A stretch of DNA of 64,000 nucleotides from Deltaproteobacteria bacterium (GTDB lineage Bacteria; Myxococcota; Kuafuiibacteriia; Kuafuiibacteriales; Kuafuiibacteriaceae): the NCBI GenBank assembly GCA_040218735.1, contig JAVJQW010000006.1:1-64000 (forward strand), in the 5' to 3' direction. Shown here one piece after another: positions 18,020 to 28,462 of this stretch. Position 1 is the first letter of the stretch, and each line of letters opens with the position of its first letter. The position numbers and the translations under genes were made by a program. Under the pieces are notes generated by a model, which saw only the letters and a program-made list of their open reading frames with translations, did not search any database and had not been told where the DNA came from.

Positions 18020-18606
18020 TCGCCGATCTGGATGGGGGACTCGTAGTCGACCGGGTGCACGAGCGCGCGGTAGTGCGCGGCGTCAGCCTCCGAGAAGCAG
18101 CAGAACACGACGCGCGCGGGGGTGCTCTCGCGGCCGAGGAACGCTCGCACGTGGCCTACGGCGATCTGCGCCGCGCGCTCCTTCGGAAAGCCGTAGACGC
18201 CGGTGCTGATCGCCGGGAACGCGATGGAGGTGACGCCGTGGTCCCGCGCGAGCTCGAGCGACGCCTGGTAACACTGCGACAGCTGGTTGTCCTCGAGGCG
18301 GTACCCGAGCGGCTCCGTCCCGTCGGCGCGCGGGTCGGTCCCCCAGACCGGCCCGACGGTGTGGATGATGTGGCGGATGCCGCGCGCTTCGAGGTCGAAG
18401 GCGGGCGTGATCTTCGCTTCACCCGTCGGGCAGCCGCCGAGCGTTCGGTTGTGCGCGAGGAGGTCGGGGCCGGCGGCGTCATGGATCGCGCCGTCGACAC
18501 CGCCGCCGCCGAGTAGGGACTCGTTGGCGGCGTTCACGATCGCGTCGATTTCGAGCTGGGTGATGTCCCCGACGACGACGTCGACGCGATCGAGCCACTC
18601 GTTCAT
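18016..18606 (-). CDS. ymdB: macro domain O-acetyl-ADP-ribose deacetylase (YmdB-like)
   Basis: [51 protein letters not shown]. Confidence 0.9.
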   Translation of the reverse strand: MNEWLDRVDVVVGDITQLEIDAIVNAANESLLGGGGVDGAIHDAAGPDLLAHNRTLGGCPTGEAKITPAFDLEARGIRHIIHTVGPVWGTDPRADGTEPLGYRLEDNQLSQCYQASLELARDHGVTSIAFPAISTGVYGFPKERAAQIAVGHVRAFLGRESTPARVVFCCFSEADAAHYRALVHPVDYESPIQIGE

Positions 18607-19460
18607 GCCGCGGCTTGGTGTACCACGATTTGGTTGAACGGGATCTCGATGTCGGCCTTCTCGAGCTCCTCGTAGATCGCCTTCCGCACGTTGTGGGTCA
18701 TCGGGATGAAGTCGTCCGGCTCCGCCCAAGGGAGGACGAGGAAGTCGAGTGAGCTCGCACCGAAGCCGACGAACGCGACCGCCGGCGCCGGATCCTTCAG
18801 GACCAGCTCCGCGCGATCGGCGGCCGCTTGGAGCGCCTTCATCGCCTTCTCGAGATCGACACCGTACGCGACGCCGATCGAGATCTGCGCGCGGCGCCGA
18901 CCGAGGACGCTGTAGTTCGTGATGTTGCCCCCCGTGACGGAGGCGTTGGGGACGATGATCTTGTGGTTGTCGAGCGTCGTGAGCGTCGTGGTGAACAGCC
19001 CGATGTCCGTCACCTTGCCGGCCTCGCCGGCGACCGAGACGACGTCGCCGAGGTTGATCGGTCGGAAGAAGAGGATGAGCACGCCGCTCGCGAAGTTCGC
19101 GAGGCTGCCCTGCAGCGCGAGACCCACGGCCAGGCCGGCGGACGCAAAGACCGCGACGAGGCTGGTGGTCTGGATGCCGACCTCACCGAGGGCCGCAATC
19201 ACCGTCGCGGCGAGGACCGAGTAACGCGCGATGGAGGCGAAGAAGCGAACGAGCGCTTCGTCGACCTTGGCACGACGGGCCGCGTTGAGCGTGAGTTTGT
19301 GCGCCCACCGGCTCGCGATCCAGCCGACGACGAAGATGACGATCCCCATCAGGATCGAACTCACGAACGGCCAGGCGATGTCGTAGTAGGTCTTCAGTTC
19401 TTCGAGCTCGACGTGTTCCACGGTGACCGGGCTTAGACCAAGAACCGGGGTTAAAGTCAT
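18603..19460 (-). CDS. mscS: small-conductance mechanosensitive channel
   Basis: [44 protein letters not shown]. Confidence 0.9.
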   Translation of the reverse strand: MTLTPVLGLSPVTVEHVELEELKTYYDIAWPFVSSILMGIVIFVVGWIASRWAHKLTLNAARRAKVDEALVRFFASIARYSVLAATVIAALGEVGIQTTSLVAVFASAGLAVGLALQGSLANFASGVLILFFRPINLGDVVSVAGEAGKVTDIGLFTTTLTTLDNHKIIVPNASVTGGNITNYSVLGRRRAQISIGVAYGVDLEKAMKALQAAADRAELVLKDPAPAVAFVGFGASSLDFLVLPWAEPDDFIPMTHNVRKAIYEELEKADIEIPFNQIVVHQAAA

Positions 19461-19642
19461 GTCTGCGGCAGCCGAACTTGATGACGAGGTGGGTTGAATC
19501 TCTGGTCGGGATCGACAATGCGAAGGGCGCGGGGTGAGGGCGAGGCGTACATCGTCCTCGACGTTGCGCAGCTCGAGATGTGTGGTGGTGACGTGGCTCG
19601 GTGTTTCGCGAATCTGGGCTGTGATACCAGCGAAGGAGAGGG

Positions 19643-20455
19643 ATGGGGATGCACAGACGAGAGATGTTCGATCGATTCTGCGAGCGTGTGGCGAGCGGAG
19701 CGCCGATCTTCGGAATCACTTCCGCCATGGCGTCGCCCGTCGCGACCGAGATTCACGGCCACGCGGGCGCTGACTTCGTCATCATCGACAACGAGAGCGT
19801 CGCGCTGAACCCGGAGCGCCTCGAAGAGCTCGTTCGCGCCGCGGAGTGCGCCGACACGATCGCGTTCGTGAAGGTCGAGAGCAACGACAAGCTCCCGATC
19901 GCCGCCGCGCTGAACTCGGGGGCGCCGATCGTGGGTGTGCCGCACGTGTGCAACGGGGCCGACCTCCAGAAGGCCGTCGACGGTGCGTTCTACCCGCCGA
20001 TTGGCCAGCGCGGGCTCTGCAGCGTGTCGCGCGCGAACCGGTACGGCGTCGGCAAGATGTCCGAGCTCGTGGAGTGGACGAACTCGAAGGCGTGGCTCGT
20101 CCCGATCGTCGAAGACGCCGAGGCGCTCGACAACCTCGACGACATCGTGGCGCACGACAGCGTCCAGCTCATCGAGTACGGACCGGTCGACATGTCGCGC
20201 TCGATGGGTTTGCCGCCCGACGCGGGGCTCGCAAACGGGCCGGTGGCCGAGGGCATGTACAAACTCGTGGAGGTCGCGAAGAAGTACGGCAAGCAGGTCA
20301 TGTCCGTGCCGATTCACCCGGAGATCACGGCTGAGAACGAGGGCGCGTGGATTCAGGAGAACCTCATCGGCAAGGGTGTGAACGTCGTCTTCTTCCGGCC
20401 CGACTCGCTGCTGCTCGGCGCGGTGTCGCGGCGAATCATGAGCCTGAAGGACTGA
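19643..20455 (+). CDS. HpcH/HpaI family aldolase
   Basis: GADFVIIDNE, YPPIGQRG, IVEDAEALDNLDDI, YGPVDMSRSMG; RBS aaggag. Confidence 0.85.
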   Translation: MGMHRREMFDRFCERVASGAPIFGITSAMASPVATEIHGHAGADFVIIDNESVALNPERLEELVRAAECADTIAFVKVESNDKLPIAAALNSGAPIVGVPHVCNGADLQKAVDGAFYPPIGQRGLCSVSRANRYGVGKMSELVEWTNSKAWLVPIVEDAEALDNLDDIVAHDSVQLIEYGPVDMSRSMGLPPDAGLANGPVAEGMYKLVEVAKKYGKQVMSVPIHPEITAENEGAWIQENLIGKGVNVVFFRPDSLLLGAVSRRIMSLKD

Positions 20456-20459
20456 CGTC

Positions 20460-21593
20460 TTGGCTTCTTCGAACGACCGGCCGCTCTACACCTTCCAGTA
20501 CGAAGACCCGGAGGGGTGGGGCGGTGTGTTGGTGATCGATCGCCTGGTGAACGGCTGCGCCGCCGGCGGCGTGCGCGTCACACCGCACGTCGACGCCGAC
20601 GAGGTGCGGCGCCTCGCGCGTGGAATGACGCTGAAGAGCGCTTCGCTCGGGCTGGGCATCGGCGGCGCGAAGGTCGGCGTGCGTACGGATCCGCGCGCAC
20701 CGAACCGCATGGATCGCGTGAAGAAGTTCTTCGAGCAGATCCGATTCTTCTGCGAGACCAACTACGGCTTCGGGCCGGACATCAACACCACGAGCGCCGA
20801 GGTCGACGAGGTCGCCGAGCACCTGAAGCTCGGCTTCCGCCTCGGCGTGCTCGCGCCGGATCAGGACCGCGAAGCCGCCGCGAAGCGCTACAACGACGGG
20901 TTCGCGTTGCCGTACGCGGGCTCGACGATCGGCGACATGAAGACGGCGATCGGCGCGCTCGCCGCGGTCGAAGAAGCCGCCGCGCAGATCGACGCCGCCT
21001 CACCGCGCGTGGCCATTCAGGGGTTCGGCGCGGTCGGCGCGACGCTCGGACAGCTCGTCGTGGAGCGAGGTTTTTCGCTCGTCGGTGTCAGCGACGCGGG
21101 CGGGGCGTACCTGAAGGGCGATGGCCTCGACGTCACTGCGCTCCGCGCCGCCGTGGATCCGGCGAAGCGCATCGTCGACCGAGCGAAGCTTCCGCCGGGT
21201 GTGGAGGTCGTGGACAACGCAAAGCTCCTCGCGCTGCCCTGCGACGTCCTCGTGCTCGCCGCGACGAAGGACGCGATCCACGCGGACAACGTCGGTGCGG
21301 TACAGGCGCGCGCGGTCGTCGAAGCGGGCAACATCGGCGTCACCGCGGACGCCTTGGTCGCGCTCCACGGCGCCGGCGTGCCGGTGGTGCCGGACTTCGT
21401 CGCGAGCGCCGGCGCGATCACGATGGCGTGCGGGACGATCCGGTTGGGCTTCGACACGAAGGACCCGAACAAACTCGCAGATCAGATCGGGTCGCGGATT
21501 CGCCAGGCCGTGAAGACGGCGTTCGAAGCGGGACGGGAGCGGAACGTGCCGTTGCGCGGGGCGCTGCTCGACCGCATGGCCGAGCAGATCTAG
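20460..21593 (+). CDS. Glu/Leu/Phe/Val dehydrogenase family protein
   Basis: AGGVR, LARGMTLK, GGAK, GPD, VAIQGFGAVG, VVEAGN, VPDFVASAG. Confidence 0.85.
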   Translation: MASSNDRPLYTFQYEDPEGWGGVLVIDRLVNGCAAGGVRVTPHVDADEVRRLARGMTLKSASLGLGIGGAKVGVRTDPRAPNRMDRVKKFFEQIRFFCETNYGFGPDINTTSAEVDEVAEHLKLGFRLGVLAPDQDREAAAKRYNDGFALPYAGSTIGDMKTAIGALAAVEEAAAQIDAASPRVAIQGFGAVGATLGQLVVERGFSLVGVSDAGGAYLKGDGLDVTALRAAVDPAKRIVDRAKLPPGVEVVDNAKLLALPCDVLVLAATKDAIHADNVGAVQARAVVEAGNIGVTADALVALHGAGVPVVPDFVASAGAITMACGTIRLGFDTKDPNKLADQIGSRIRQAVKTAFEAGRERNVPLRGALLDRMAEQI

Positions 21594-21602
21594 CCACGAG
21601 CC

Positions 21603-24600
21603 CTAACGCCGACGCCTCAGCAAGAGGGCCGCGCAGAGGGACAGCGCCCACCAGCCTCCGGACGTTCGCGTCGTTGCGGTGCAGCCGCACGCGTTCACGG
21701 TTTCGAGCGTCTTGATCTCGTCCGTCGGCGCCACGCCCGGGTCGACGCGGATCGTCACGTCCGCGAGATCCATCCCGCCGCGACCGTCCGCGACCTCGAC
21801 GCGGAACTCGAACGTCGCCGACTCCGTGACCTCGGGGGCGACGAAGGACGCCTGCGCCGATTCGCTGTTGGTGAGCTCCACGGTCACGCCGCCGAGCTGC
21901 GTCCAGCGGAACGTGAGCGGGTCGCCGTCGGGATCCGTCGAGGCGCTCGCGTCGAGCACCACCGTGCTCCCGACGCCGACGCTGCGGTCCGAGCCCGCGT
22001 TGGCGACGGGCGGCTCGTTGAGCTGCGGGCTGTCCTCGGGCTCGACCGTGATCGTGACGTCGTCCGTCGCGGTGCCGCCGTTGCCGTCGTCGACGGAGAG
22101 GCGCAGCACGAGCGCGGTGGAGGCCTCGACCGTCGGCGCGACGAACGTCGGCGTCGCCGCGTCGGAGGCGTCGAGCGTGACGTCGCCCATCGCGACACGC
22201 CACGCAAACGTCAGCGTGTCGCCTTCCGGATCCGAGCTGCCGCTGCCGTCGAGCTGCACCGTCGCGCCGGAGCGTACGACCTGGTCGGCGCCCGCGTTCG
22301 CGACCGGCGGCATGTTCGGCGGGCCGACGGTGGTCGGATCGAGGTCGACCTCGAAGGACGCCTGGCGCACCTCGCCGACCTCGCCGGACTGCACGTCGAT
22401 CACCCGCACCGTCCAGCGCCCGGCGGCCTGCTCACCCGTGAAGACGAGCGTGTCGTCGTCGTAGGAGCGCAGGTCCGGGTAGATGCCGTAGATGTCGCGG
22501 CGCGTGGAGGTGTCTTCGGTCTCCAGCGTGACGGTCTGGTCCGTCGGCGACGTCAGCTCGATCCGCACGTGCCCGCGCGCGCGGTGTTTGACGTCGATGT
22601 AGAGCCGGACCGCGCGGACTTCGCCGTTGGCCTGCACGTCGAACGGGAGCTCGAGTCCGGCCGGATCGTCGTCCGGGATCGTGAGCGGCTGCCCCGTCGG
22701 GATGAAGTCGATGCGCTCCATCGAACGCTGAATCGGGTAGTCCGACGCGAGCACGAAGCCCTGCACGAACAGGTCGGGGTCGGTGATCGACGAGGCGCTT
22801 ACGATGACGCCCCAGGTGCCGGCCTCGGGGCTGTCGACGACGACCTGCTCGACGTTGTCGAGGTTGTTGACGCCCGTCGTGGCGTCGTCGAACGGGTTCG
22901 CGGGGTCGAGCACGAAGGGGCGGAACGACTGACCGCTCGGCGCGACGAGCTCCATGTCGAGGTCGTTGAGGAGGCGCCGCTCTTCGGCGCTGTTGAAGAA
23001 CGCGTCGAGCCAGCTGAGCGTGACCTTGAGGTTCGGCGCGTTGGCCGGGACGTCGACGCCGAAGATCATCTGCTCTTTGTCGCGCACCGCGCCGCGCGCG
23101 AGGCGTGTGCCCGGGTCGGCGGCGTCCGCGATGATGAGGTCGGCCGCGGCGCGTGCGTCCGCGTTGCCCCAGCCGAAGCGGTAGTCCGGGCCAGGGTGGA
23201 ACACGTCGACCGCGGTGTGGATCATGATCGCGCGCGACATGTCGGGCGCCCAGCGGCGACCGTTGTTCTCGCGTTTGTAGAGCTGCGAGAGCAGCGCGAG
23301 CATGCCGGTCACGGACGGCGCCGACATGCTGGTGCCGCTCGTCGTGCCGTACTGGTTGCCCGGGTAAGTCGACGTGAGGTTCTGGCCGTTCGCGCAGATG
23401 TCCGGCTTCACGCGGCCGTCGTTCGTGGGGCCGCGCGACGAGAAGCTCGACAGGTCGCCATCGTCTTGGGTCGCGCCGACGACGAGCGCGTTCTTCGCGG
23501 TCGAGTCCGGGGACAGCGAGTCGAAGCCGTAGCGCTCGTCGACGATCTCACTCTGCTGTCCGCTGTTGCCCGCAGACTTCACGGGGAGGAGCAGGAGGTC
23601 GCGCGAGTCGAGGTCGAACTCGAGCGCGACCTGGTTGTAGCCGCCGAACTGATTCACGCTCGAACCCCACGAGTGGTTGTCGTGCTCGTGGTAGAACTCG
23701 TGCTTCGCGACGCGGCGCTCGCCGGTCGGGTTGCCGAAGAACTCGAACGCCACCATCGTAGCCTCCGGCGCGTAGCCGCGGTGCTCGGGGTTCAGGACGC
23801 CGCCGCCGAGGATCGTCCCCGCGGTGTGGGTCGCGTGGGAGCTGACCTGGCCCTGCTCGTAGTTCTGCACGCGGCCTTCGAAGTCAGGGTGGTCCGAGTC
23901 GACGCGACCGCCGTCCCAGTGACCGACGACGACGCCGGTGCCGTCGAGCCCGTACGGCGCGGCGACGAGGTCGACGGCGTTGGAGAGCTGCCGGCTCGCG
24001 AGGTTGTCGAGCTTCTTCGGGTAGTCGAAGCCGATCGACGCGACGTACGGCGACGCCATGAGGCGTTCGAGCAGGAGGTTATCACCGAGGTTGATCGTGC
24101 TCTCCTCGGCGACGGGGGCGTCGAGGTCCGTGGGGAGGCGCAGACCTTCGAGGCGGTCGGCGCCGAGCAACGCGGTGAGCTCTCGGCGGGTCGTCTTCGG
24201 ATAGACCGCGACCCAGAGGGGGTGCGGCAGCGACTCGACCGGTCCGATCCACCCGAGGAGGTCGTGTTCGACGCGATCGATCGGTGCGGCGTCGGCGGTG
24301 CCGACGACGTTCGGCTGCGCGCGCAGCCAGGCCGACGCCTCGGGCGTGTTGGTCGTGCGGAGGAACGTGTAGGCCTTCTTGCCCGCGATCCCGAGGTACC
24401 TCAGGCCGACGTCCTCCGCGGCGCGGACCTGCGCGCGGGTGAGCGCGCGGTCGGTGAAGACGTAGAACGCCTCCTTCTCGGCGGGCAGCGGGACGGCCGA
24501 GTCCTCGGTCACGGTGCGGCCGGGGAATCGAACCTCGGCGGCGACGGCGACGTTACAGGACAGGACCAGTGCGACGGTGAGGCAGCGTTGCAGCACGTAT

Positions 24601-24665
24601 CCAGAATGATCGATGAGCCCCCCCGAACAAAACCGGTCGAATGTCGTGTAGGGCGTTCTTTTCAT
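21603..24665 (-). CDS. S8 serine peptidase with P-domain, PKD-like repeats and MYXO-CTERM-like tail
   Basis: WDGG (Asp), HATHTAGTI (His), SGTSMSAP (Ser), SSRGPTNDGRVKPDI, NNLDNVEQV, PVANAG repeats, ACGC...WWALSLCAALLLRRRR. Confidence 0.9.
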   Translation of the reverse strand: MKRTPYTTFDRFCSGGLIDHSGYVLQRCLTVALVLSCNVAVAAEVRFPGRTVTEDSAVPLPAEKEAFYVFTDRALTRAQVRAAEDVGLRYLGIAGKKAYTFLRTTNTPEASAWLRAQPNVVGTADAAPIDRVEHDLLGWIGPVESLPHPLWVAVYPKTTRRELTALLGADRLEGLRLPTDLDAPVAEESTINLGDNLLLERLMASPYVASIGFDYPKKLDNLASRQLSNAVDLVAAPYGLDGTGVVVGHWDGGRVDSDHPDFEGRVQNYEQGQVSSHATHTAGTILGGGVLNPEHRGYAPEATMVAFEFFGNPTGERRVAKHEFYHEHDNHSWGSSVNQFGGYNQVALEFDLDSRDLLLLPVKSAGNSGQQSEIVDERYGFDSLSPDSTAKNALVVGATQDDGDLSSFSSRGPTNDGRVKPDICANGQNLTSTYPGNQYGTTSGTSMSAPSVTGMLALLSQLYKRENNGRRWAPDMSRAIMIHTAVDVFHPGPDYRFGWGNADARAAADLIIADAADPGTRLARGAVRDKEQMIFGVDVPANAPNLKVTLSWLDAFFNSAEERRLLNDLDMELVAPSGQSFRPFVLDPANPFDDATTGVNNLDNVEQVVVDSPEAGTWGVIVSASSITDPDLFVQGFVLASDYPIQRSMERIDFIPTGQPLTIPDDDPAGLELPFDVQANGEVRAVRLYIDVKHRARGHVRIELTSPTDQTVTLETEDTSTRRDIYGIYPDLRSYDDDTLVFTGEQAAGRWTVRVIDVQSGEVGEVRQASFEVDLDPTTVGPPNMPPVANAGADQVVRSGATVQLDGSGSSDPEGDTLTFAWRVAMGDVTLDASDAATPTFVAPTVEASTALVLRLSVDDGNGGTATDDVTITVEPEDSPQLNEPPVANAGSDRSVGVGSTVVLDASASTDPDGDPLTFRWTQLGGVTVELTNSESAQASFVAPEVTESATFEFRVEVADGRGGMDLADVTIRVDPGVAPTDEIKTLETVNACGCTATTRTSGGWWALSLCAALLLRRRR

Positions 24666-24763
24666 TGGAATCTTTCGAATGGTCCGTTGCGGGCGGACGT
24701 TGTGGGACGACTCGTTACATTCTAGCGGGACGAACGTCGCGGTTCCCTTGCAGGTGGTCGCAA

Positions 24764-24790
24764 GCAACGGTGGCGGCGGCGCGCCGATAA
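24764..24790 (+). promoter_or_regulatory. sigma28/FliA-like promoter GCAACGG-N12-GCCGATAA
   Basis: Perfect GCCGATAA -10 element 9 nt before the ATG; identical motif at 42691-42717. Confidence 0.6.
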
Positions 24791-24799
24791 GCCGTGTCG

Positions 24800-25618
24800 A
24801 TGAAAACCGACCCCAAGGGTCGAAGGTGGGTGCGTCTCGACCAGTTCGGGGAACTCCTGAGGGCACCCGACGCCGAGCGGGGCGCGCAGACGCCGCCGAT
24901 GCCGCCGGTCCGCGGTGCGGACGCCGAAAAGGTGCGCACGGTCACGGATCCGCCGGTCGTGGGCCTACCGCAGCTCGGCGCGATGACCTGGACCGACGCG
25001 GACGTCGCGTCGACGGACTTCGCGAAGTACCGCGTCGGCTTCAACAACCGGGCGCTGCTGTCGCCGATCGTCGCCGATCTGAACGCGCGCTTCGGTACGA
25101 AGATCTCCTACCGCTACGCCCCGGTGCTCGAGGCATTCGGTCCGCCGCACAAGAGCGGCGTCGGGTTCGCGGACAGCACCAACATGGCGATCGGCGAGAA
25201 GGCGATCGACAAACTCGTCGAGCCCTTCGAAGCGCCGCGTGACCGCCAGGCGATCGCGACGTTCGCGGTGGCGCACGAGTTCTTCCACGCGCTGCTGAAA
25301 CACGCGCACCTCCTCGACTTCGGCTCCTCCCCGAAGGGCTACCGCATCGCGTGGGGCGACAAGTACCGGCAGATGTTCGAGCTGCAGGTCGACTACCTCG
25401 CGGCGCGCTACCTGAAGTCGCTCGGACTCCCGCTCGACGCCGTCATCACGATGTTCGAGACCGGTGACTTCGAGCCCTCCGAAGACTACCCCTCGGGAGA
25501 GGTGCGCGCCGACAACGTGCGAATCGCGTTCGACGAAGCGTTTCGGTTGGAGCTGTTCGACAACGACGTCGTGGCCTGCCTGGACTTCCTCGACACGATC
25601 GCAATGAATCGCGACTGA
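24800..25618 (+). CDS. M48-like zinc metalloprotease domain protein
   Basis: FAVAHEFFH (HExxH), downstream ELQVDYLA, DYPSGEVR. Confidence 0.65.
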   Translation: MKTDPKGRRWVRLDQFGELLRAPDAERGAQTPPMPPVRGADAEKVRTVTDPPVVGLPQLGAMTWTDADVASTDFAKYRVGFNNRALLSPIVADLNARFGTKISYRYAPVLEAFGPPHKSGVGFADSTNMAIGEKAIDKLVEPFEAPRDRQAIATFAVAHEFFHALLKHAHLLDFGSSPKGYRIAWGDKYRQMFELQVDYLAARYLKSLGLPLDAVITMFETGDFEPSEDYPSGEVRADNVRIAFDEAFRLELFDNDVVACLDFLDTIAMNRD

Positions 25619-25619
25619 C

Positions 25620-26810
25620 CTAGACCACCTGCACGATCGCCGCGATCCCCTGGCCGCCGCCGACACACAGCGTGCACAGGCCGTAGCCGCCGCCGAGGGT
25701 GGCGAGCTGCGACAGCGCGGAGATGACGAGGCGGGTGCCGGTCGCGCCCATCGGGTGGCCGAGCGCGATCGCGCCGCCCTGTTGGTTGACGCGGTCGCGC
25801 TTCAGGCCGAGCGCGCGCTCGACGGCGATGTACTGGACCGTGAACGAGTCGTTGATCTCGATGACGTGTATGTCGTCGAGCTTCAGGTTCGCGCGGGACA
25901 GCGCGAGCCTCGTCGCTTCGATCGGGCCTTCGCCCATCAGCTTGGGATCCACGCCGACGACCGCGGAGGCGACGAGACGCCCGATCGGGATGCGGTCGTC
26001 CGCCTTCGCGCGCGCGCCCGTGCTCATCACCACCGCGGCGCCCGCGTCGTTGAGGCCGCTGGAGTTGCCGGCGGTGACCACGCCGTCGCGACCGTAGAGG
26101 CCGGGGAGGGGAGCGAGCGACTCGCGCGTGGTGTCGGGGCGCAGGTTCTCGTCGACTTCGATCTTCCGTTCGCCGCGTCGCGACTTCTCGAGCACCGGGA
26201 CGATCTCCCACGCGAGCCGGCCCTCGTCCTGGGCCTTCTTCGCGCGCGACTGACTCCACACCGCGGCTTCGTCGGCTTCGGCACGGTCGATGCCGCGTTC
26301 CTTCGCGAGGTGCTCGACCGTCTCGCCGATCGAGCAGCCCGCCTTCGGGTCGTAGAGCGCCGAGAAGAGCATGTCGTCGACGTCGCTCTTGATCATGCGC
26401 CAGCCGGTACGCACGCCGCGCATCGCGTACGGCGTCATGCTCATATTCTCGGCGCCGCCCGCGAGCACGACCTCGGCTTCGCCGGCGCGGATGGTCTTGG
26501 CGCCTTCGCAGATCGCGTCGAGGCCAGACGCACACGCGCGGTTGAGCGTGAGCGCCGGCGCCTTCACCGGCGCACCCGCGCCGAGGCCGACGTGGCGCGC
26601 GAGGTAGGCGGCGTCCTTCGACGACTGGATGACGTTGCCGAAGTACACCGCGTCGACCGTCGAGGGATCGATGCTCGTTCGTTCGAGCGCGCCACGCGCC
26701 GCGATGGTCCCGAGCTGGGTCGCGGAGTGGTTCTTCAGGCTGCCGAGGAACTTCCCGATGGGGGTGCGCGCCGCGCCGCGGAACACGATGTCGTCGTCTG
26801 CGTAGGTCAT
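25620..26810 (-). CDS. acetyl-CoA C-acyltransferase (thiolase)
   Basis: ARTPIGKF, NRACASG, VTAGNSSGLNDAG, GGAIALGHPMGATG, CVGGGQG. Confidence 0.92.
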   Translation of the reverse strand: MTYADDDIVFRGAARTPIGKFLGSLKNHSATQLGTIAARGALERTSIDPSTVDAVYFGNVIQSSKDAAYLARHVGLGAGAPVKAPALTLNRACASGLDAICEGAKTIRAGEAEVVLAGGAENMSMTPYAMRGVRTGWRMIKSDVDDMLFSALYDPKAGCSIGETVEHLAKERGIDRAEADEAAVWSQSRAKKAQDEGRLAWEIVPVLEKSRRGERKIEVDENLRPDTTRESLAPLPGLYGRDGVVTAGNSSGLNDAGAAVVMSTGARAKADDRIPIGRLVASAVVGVDPKLMGEGPIEATRLALSRANLKLDDIHVIEINDSFTVQYIAVERALGLKRDRVNQQGGAIALGHPMGATGTRLVISALSQLATLGGGYGLCTLCVGGGQGIAAIVQVV

Positions 26811-28462
26811 TCGTGAAGCTCCGTCTTCGACTGCACGATCCGAAAGCGCTGCGCGACGAACGCGAGGTCCGTCAGGCACGCGTTGCCGGCCGGGTTGAGG
26901 CCCGTGACGTGGTAGTCCGAGTAGGCCGCCGTATAGTTCAGCGGCGCGTGGTGGAGGAGGTTGATGCCGACGGAGGCGCCCGCCGCGAAGAACGCGTCTT
27001 CGATGCGCTCGGCGAACGCGCTGTCGGTCGAGTAAGCGTAGGAGGCGATCGCGCCGAAACGTTTGGCCTCGGAGGTCGCGGCGGCGAGCGCGACTTCGCG
27101 ATCTTCGACCGGGATCAGGAACGCGATCGGCCCGAAGTGCTCCTCCCGATGGAGCGCCGCGTCGACCGCGTCCTCGATCAGCAGCGGCGTCCGCGTTCGC
27201 GCCTGCGGATACTCCGGGTGCGCGTACGAGGCCGACCGTCGTAGCACCTGTGAAGACTCCGCGAGGGCATCGACGCGCGTCGCAGTCGCCGGGCTGTGCA
27301 GCGCGCCGCAGACCCCCGCCGCGACGCGCGGGTCCTCGACGACACGATCGATCGCGGCGACGAGCCTCGCCCGCACGTCCTCGTACGGCACTGGCCCGTC
27401 CGCGCTCTGCACCGTCCGCGGCACGAACACGTTCTGCGGCGTCGTACACATCTGTCCCGAGAATAGACACAGCGACCGCGCGAGCGCGTCGAGCGTCGCG
27501 TCGAGATCCCGAACGGAGTCGAACACGACGCTGTTGCACCCCGCCGTCTCCGTGAACACCAGCCGGTCCGCGCGTGACTCCAGCTTCGCGCCGTACGTCG
27601 GGCTCCCCGTGAAGTCGACGATCACACACGCCTCGTGATCCACCAGCGCGTCCGTGATCGGCGCCGATGTGTGGTCGGGCGCGAGCACGACGAGGTTCGG
27701 ATCGAAGCCCGCGTCGCGCAGCACACCGCGGATGATCTGCACCGCGCGCGCGACCGGAAGCACCGTCGCCGGGTGCGGCTTCACCACGACAGGATTGCCC
27801 GTCGCGAGGTTCGCGAAGATCGCGGGGTACGCGTTCCACGCGGGGTAGCTCCCGCAGGTGATCACCACCGCGACGCCGCGCGGGACGAGCCGGTAACGTT
27901 TGTCGAGCCGCACCTCGTGGGGGCCGAAGCGCCGTTCGAAGCGCGCCTCGCGCACGACGTCGGCCATCGCGCGTCGCGCGTAGACGACCGCCTCCAGCCC
28001 GCGGTCGAGGGAGTTCGCGCCGCTCCCCGCGAAGGCCATCATGAAGGCCTGCCCGGTGGTGTGCATGGTCGCGAACGTGTTCTCGAAGATCGCCGCGGCG
28101 AGCCGGTCGAGCGATTCGAGGCACACCCCCAGGCGGTCCTCGGCGCTCGCGGCGCGCCACGCCGGCCACGCCGCCTCGACGGACGCGAAGATCGATGGCA
28201 CCGACGGGAACGCGTACGCCACGCCGATCGGTTCGCCGTCGAACGGCGAGACCTCATCCGCGACTTCGAACGACCCCGCCGGACCCGTGTCCTCCAGCCG
28301 CCCCCCGCGCACGGCTTCGAACCAAGCGAGGCCCTTGGCCTTGGCGCCCTCGGGGTGCAGCCGTCCGCTCGGTGATTCGATGAACGGCGTGTGCGCGGTG
28401 CGCGCGCGACACGCGGCGTCGGCGGCGTCGAGGCGTTCGCGGTGGCGTTCGTAGAGGCTCAT
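26807..28462 (-). CDS. paaN: phenylacetate degradation aldehyde dehydrogenase PaaN-like
   Basis: MHTTGQAFMMAF, LATGNPVVVKPHP, DFTGSPTYG, LFSGQMCTTPQN, YSDYHVTGLNPAGNA. Confidence 0.85.
   Translation of the reverse strand: MSLYERHRERLDAADAACRARTAHTPFIESPSGRLHPEGAKAKGLAWFEAVRGGRLEDTGPAGSFEVADEVSPFDGEPIGVAYAFPSVPSIFASVEAAWPAWRAASAEDRLGVCLESLDRLAAAIFENTFATMHTTGQAFMMAFAGSGANSLDRGLEAVVYARRAMADVVREARFERRFGPHEVRLDKRYRLVPRGVAVVITCGSYPAWNAYPAIFANLATGNPVVVKPHPATVLPVARAVQIIRGVLRDAGFDPNLVVLAPDHTSAPITDALVDHEACVIVDFTGSPTYGAKLESRADRLVFTETAGCNSVVFDSVRDLDATLDALARSLCLFSGQMCTTPQNVFVPRTVQSADGPVPYEDVRARLVAAIDRVVEDPRVAAGVCGALHSPATATRVDALAESSQVLRRSASYAHPEYPQARTRTPLLIEDAVDAALHREEHFGPIAFLIPVEDREVALAAATSEAKRFGAIASYAYSTDSAFAERIEDAFFAAGASVGINLLHHAPLNYTAAYSDYHVTGLNPAGNACLTDLAFVAQRFRIVQSKTELHE

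Noticed and set aside
25620-28169. 849-aa ORF as a fused thiolase; likewise the 840-aa pyrF, 675-aa oxygenase and 493-aa HDOD ORFs
   Set aside because: The N-terminal extensions are stop-free frames overlapping other real genes; the true starts are internal
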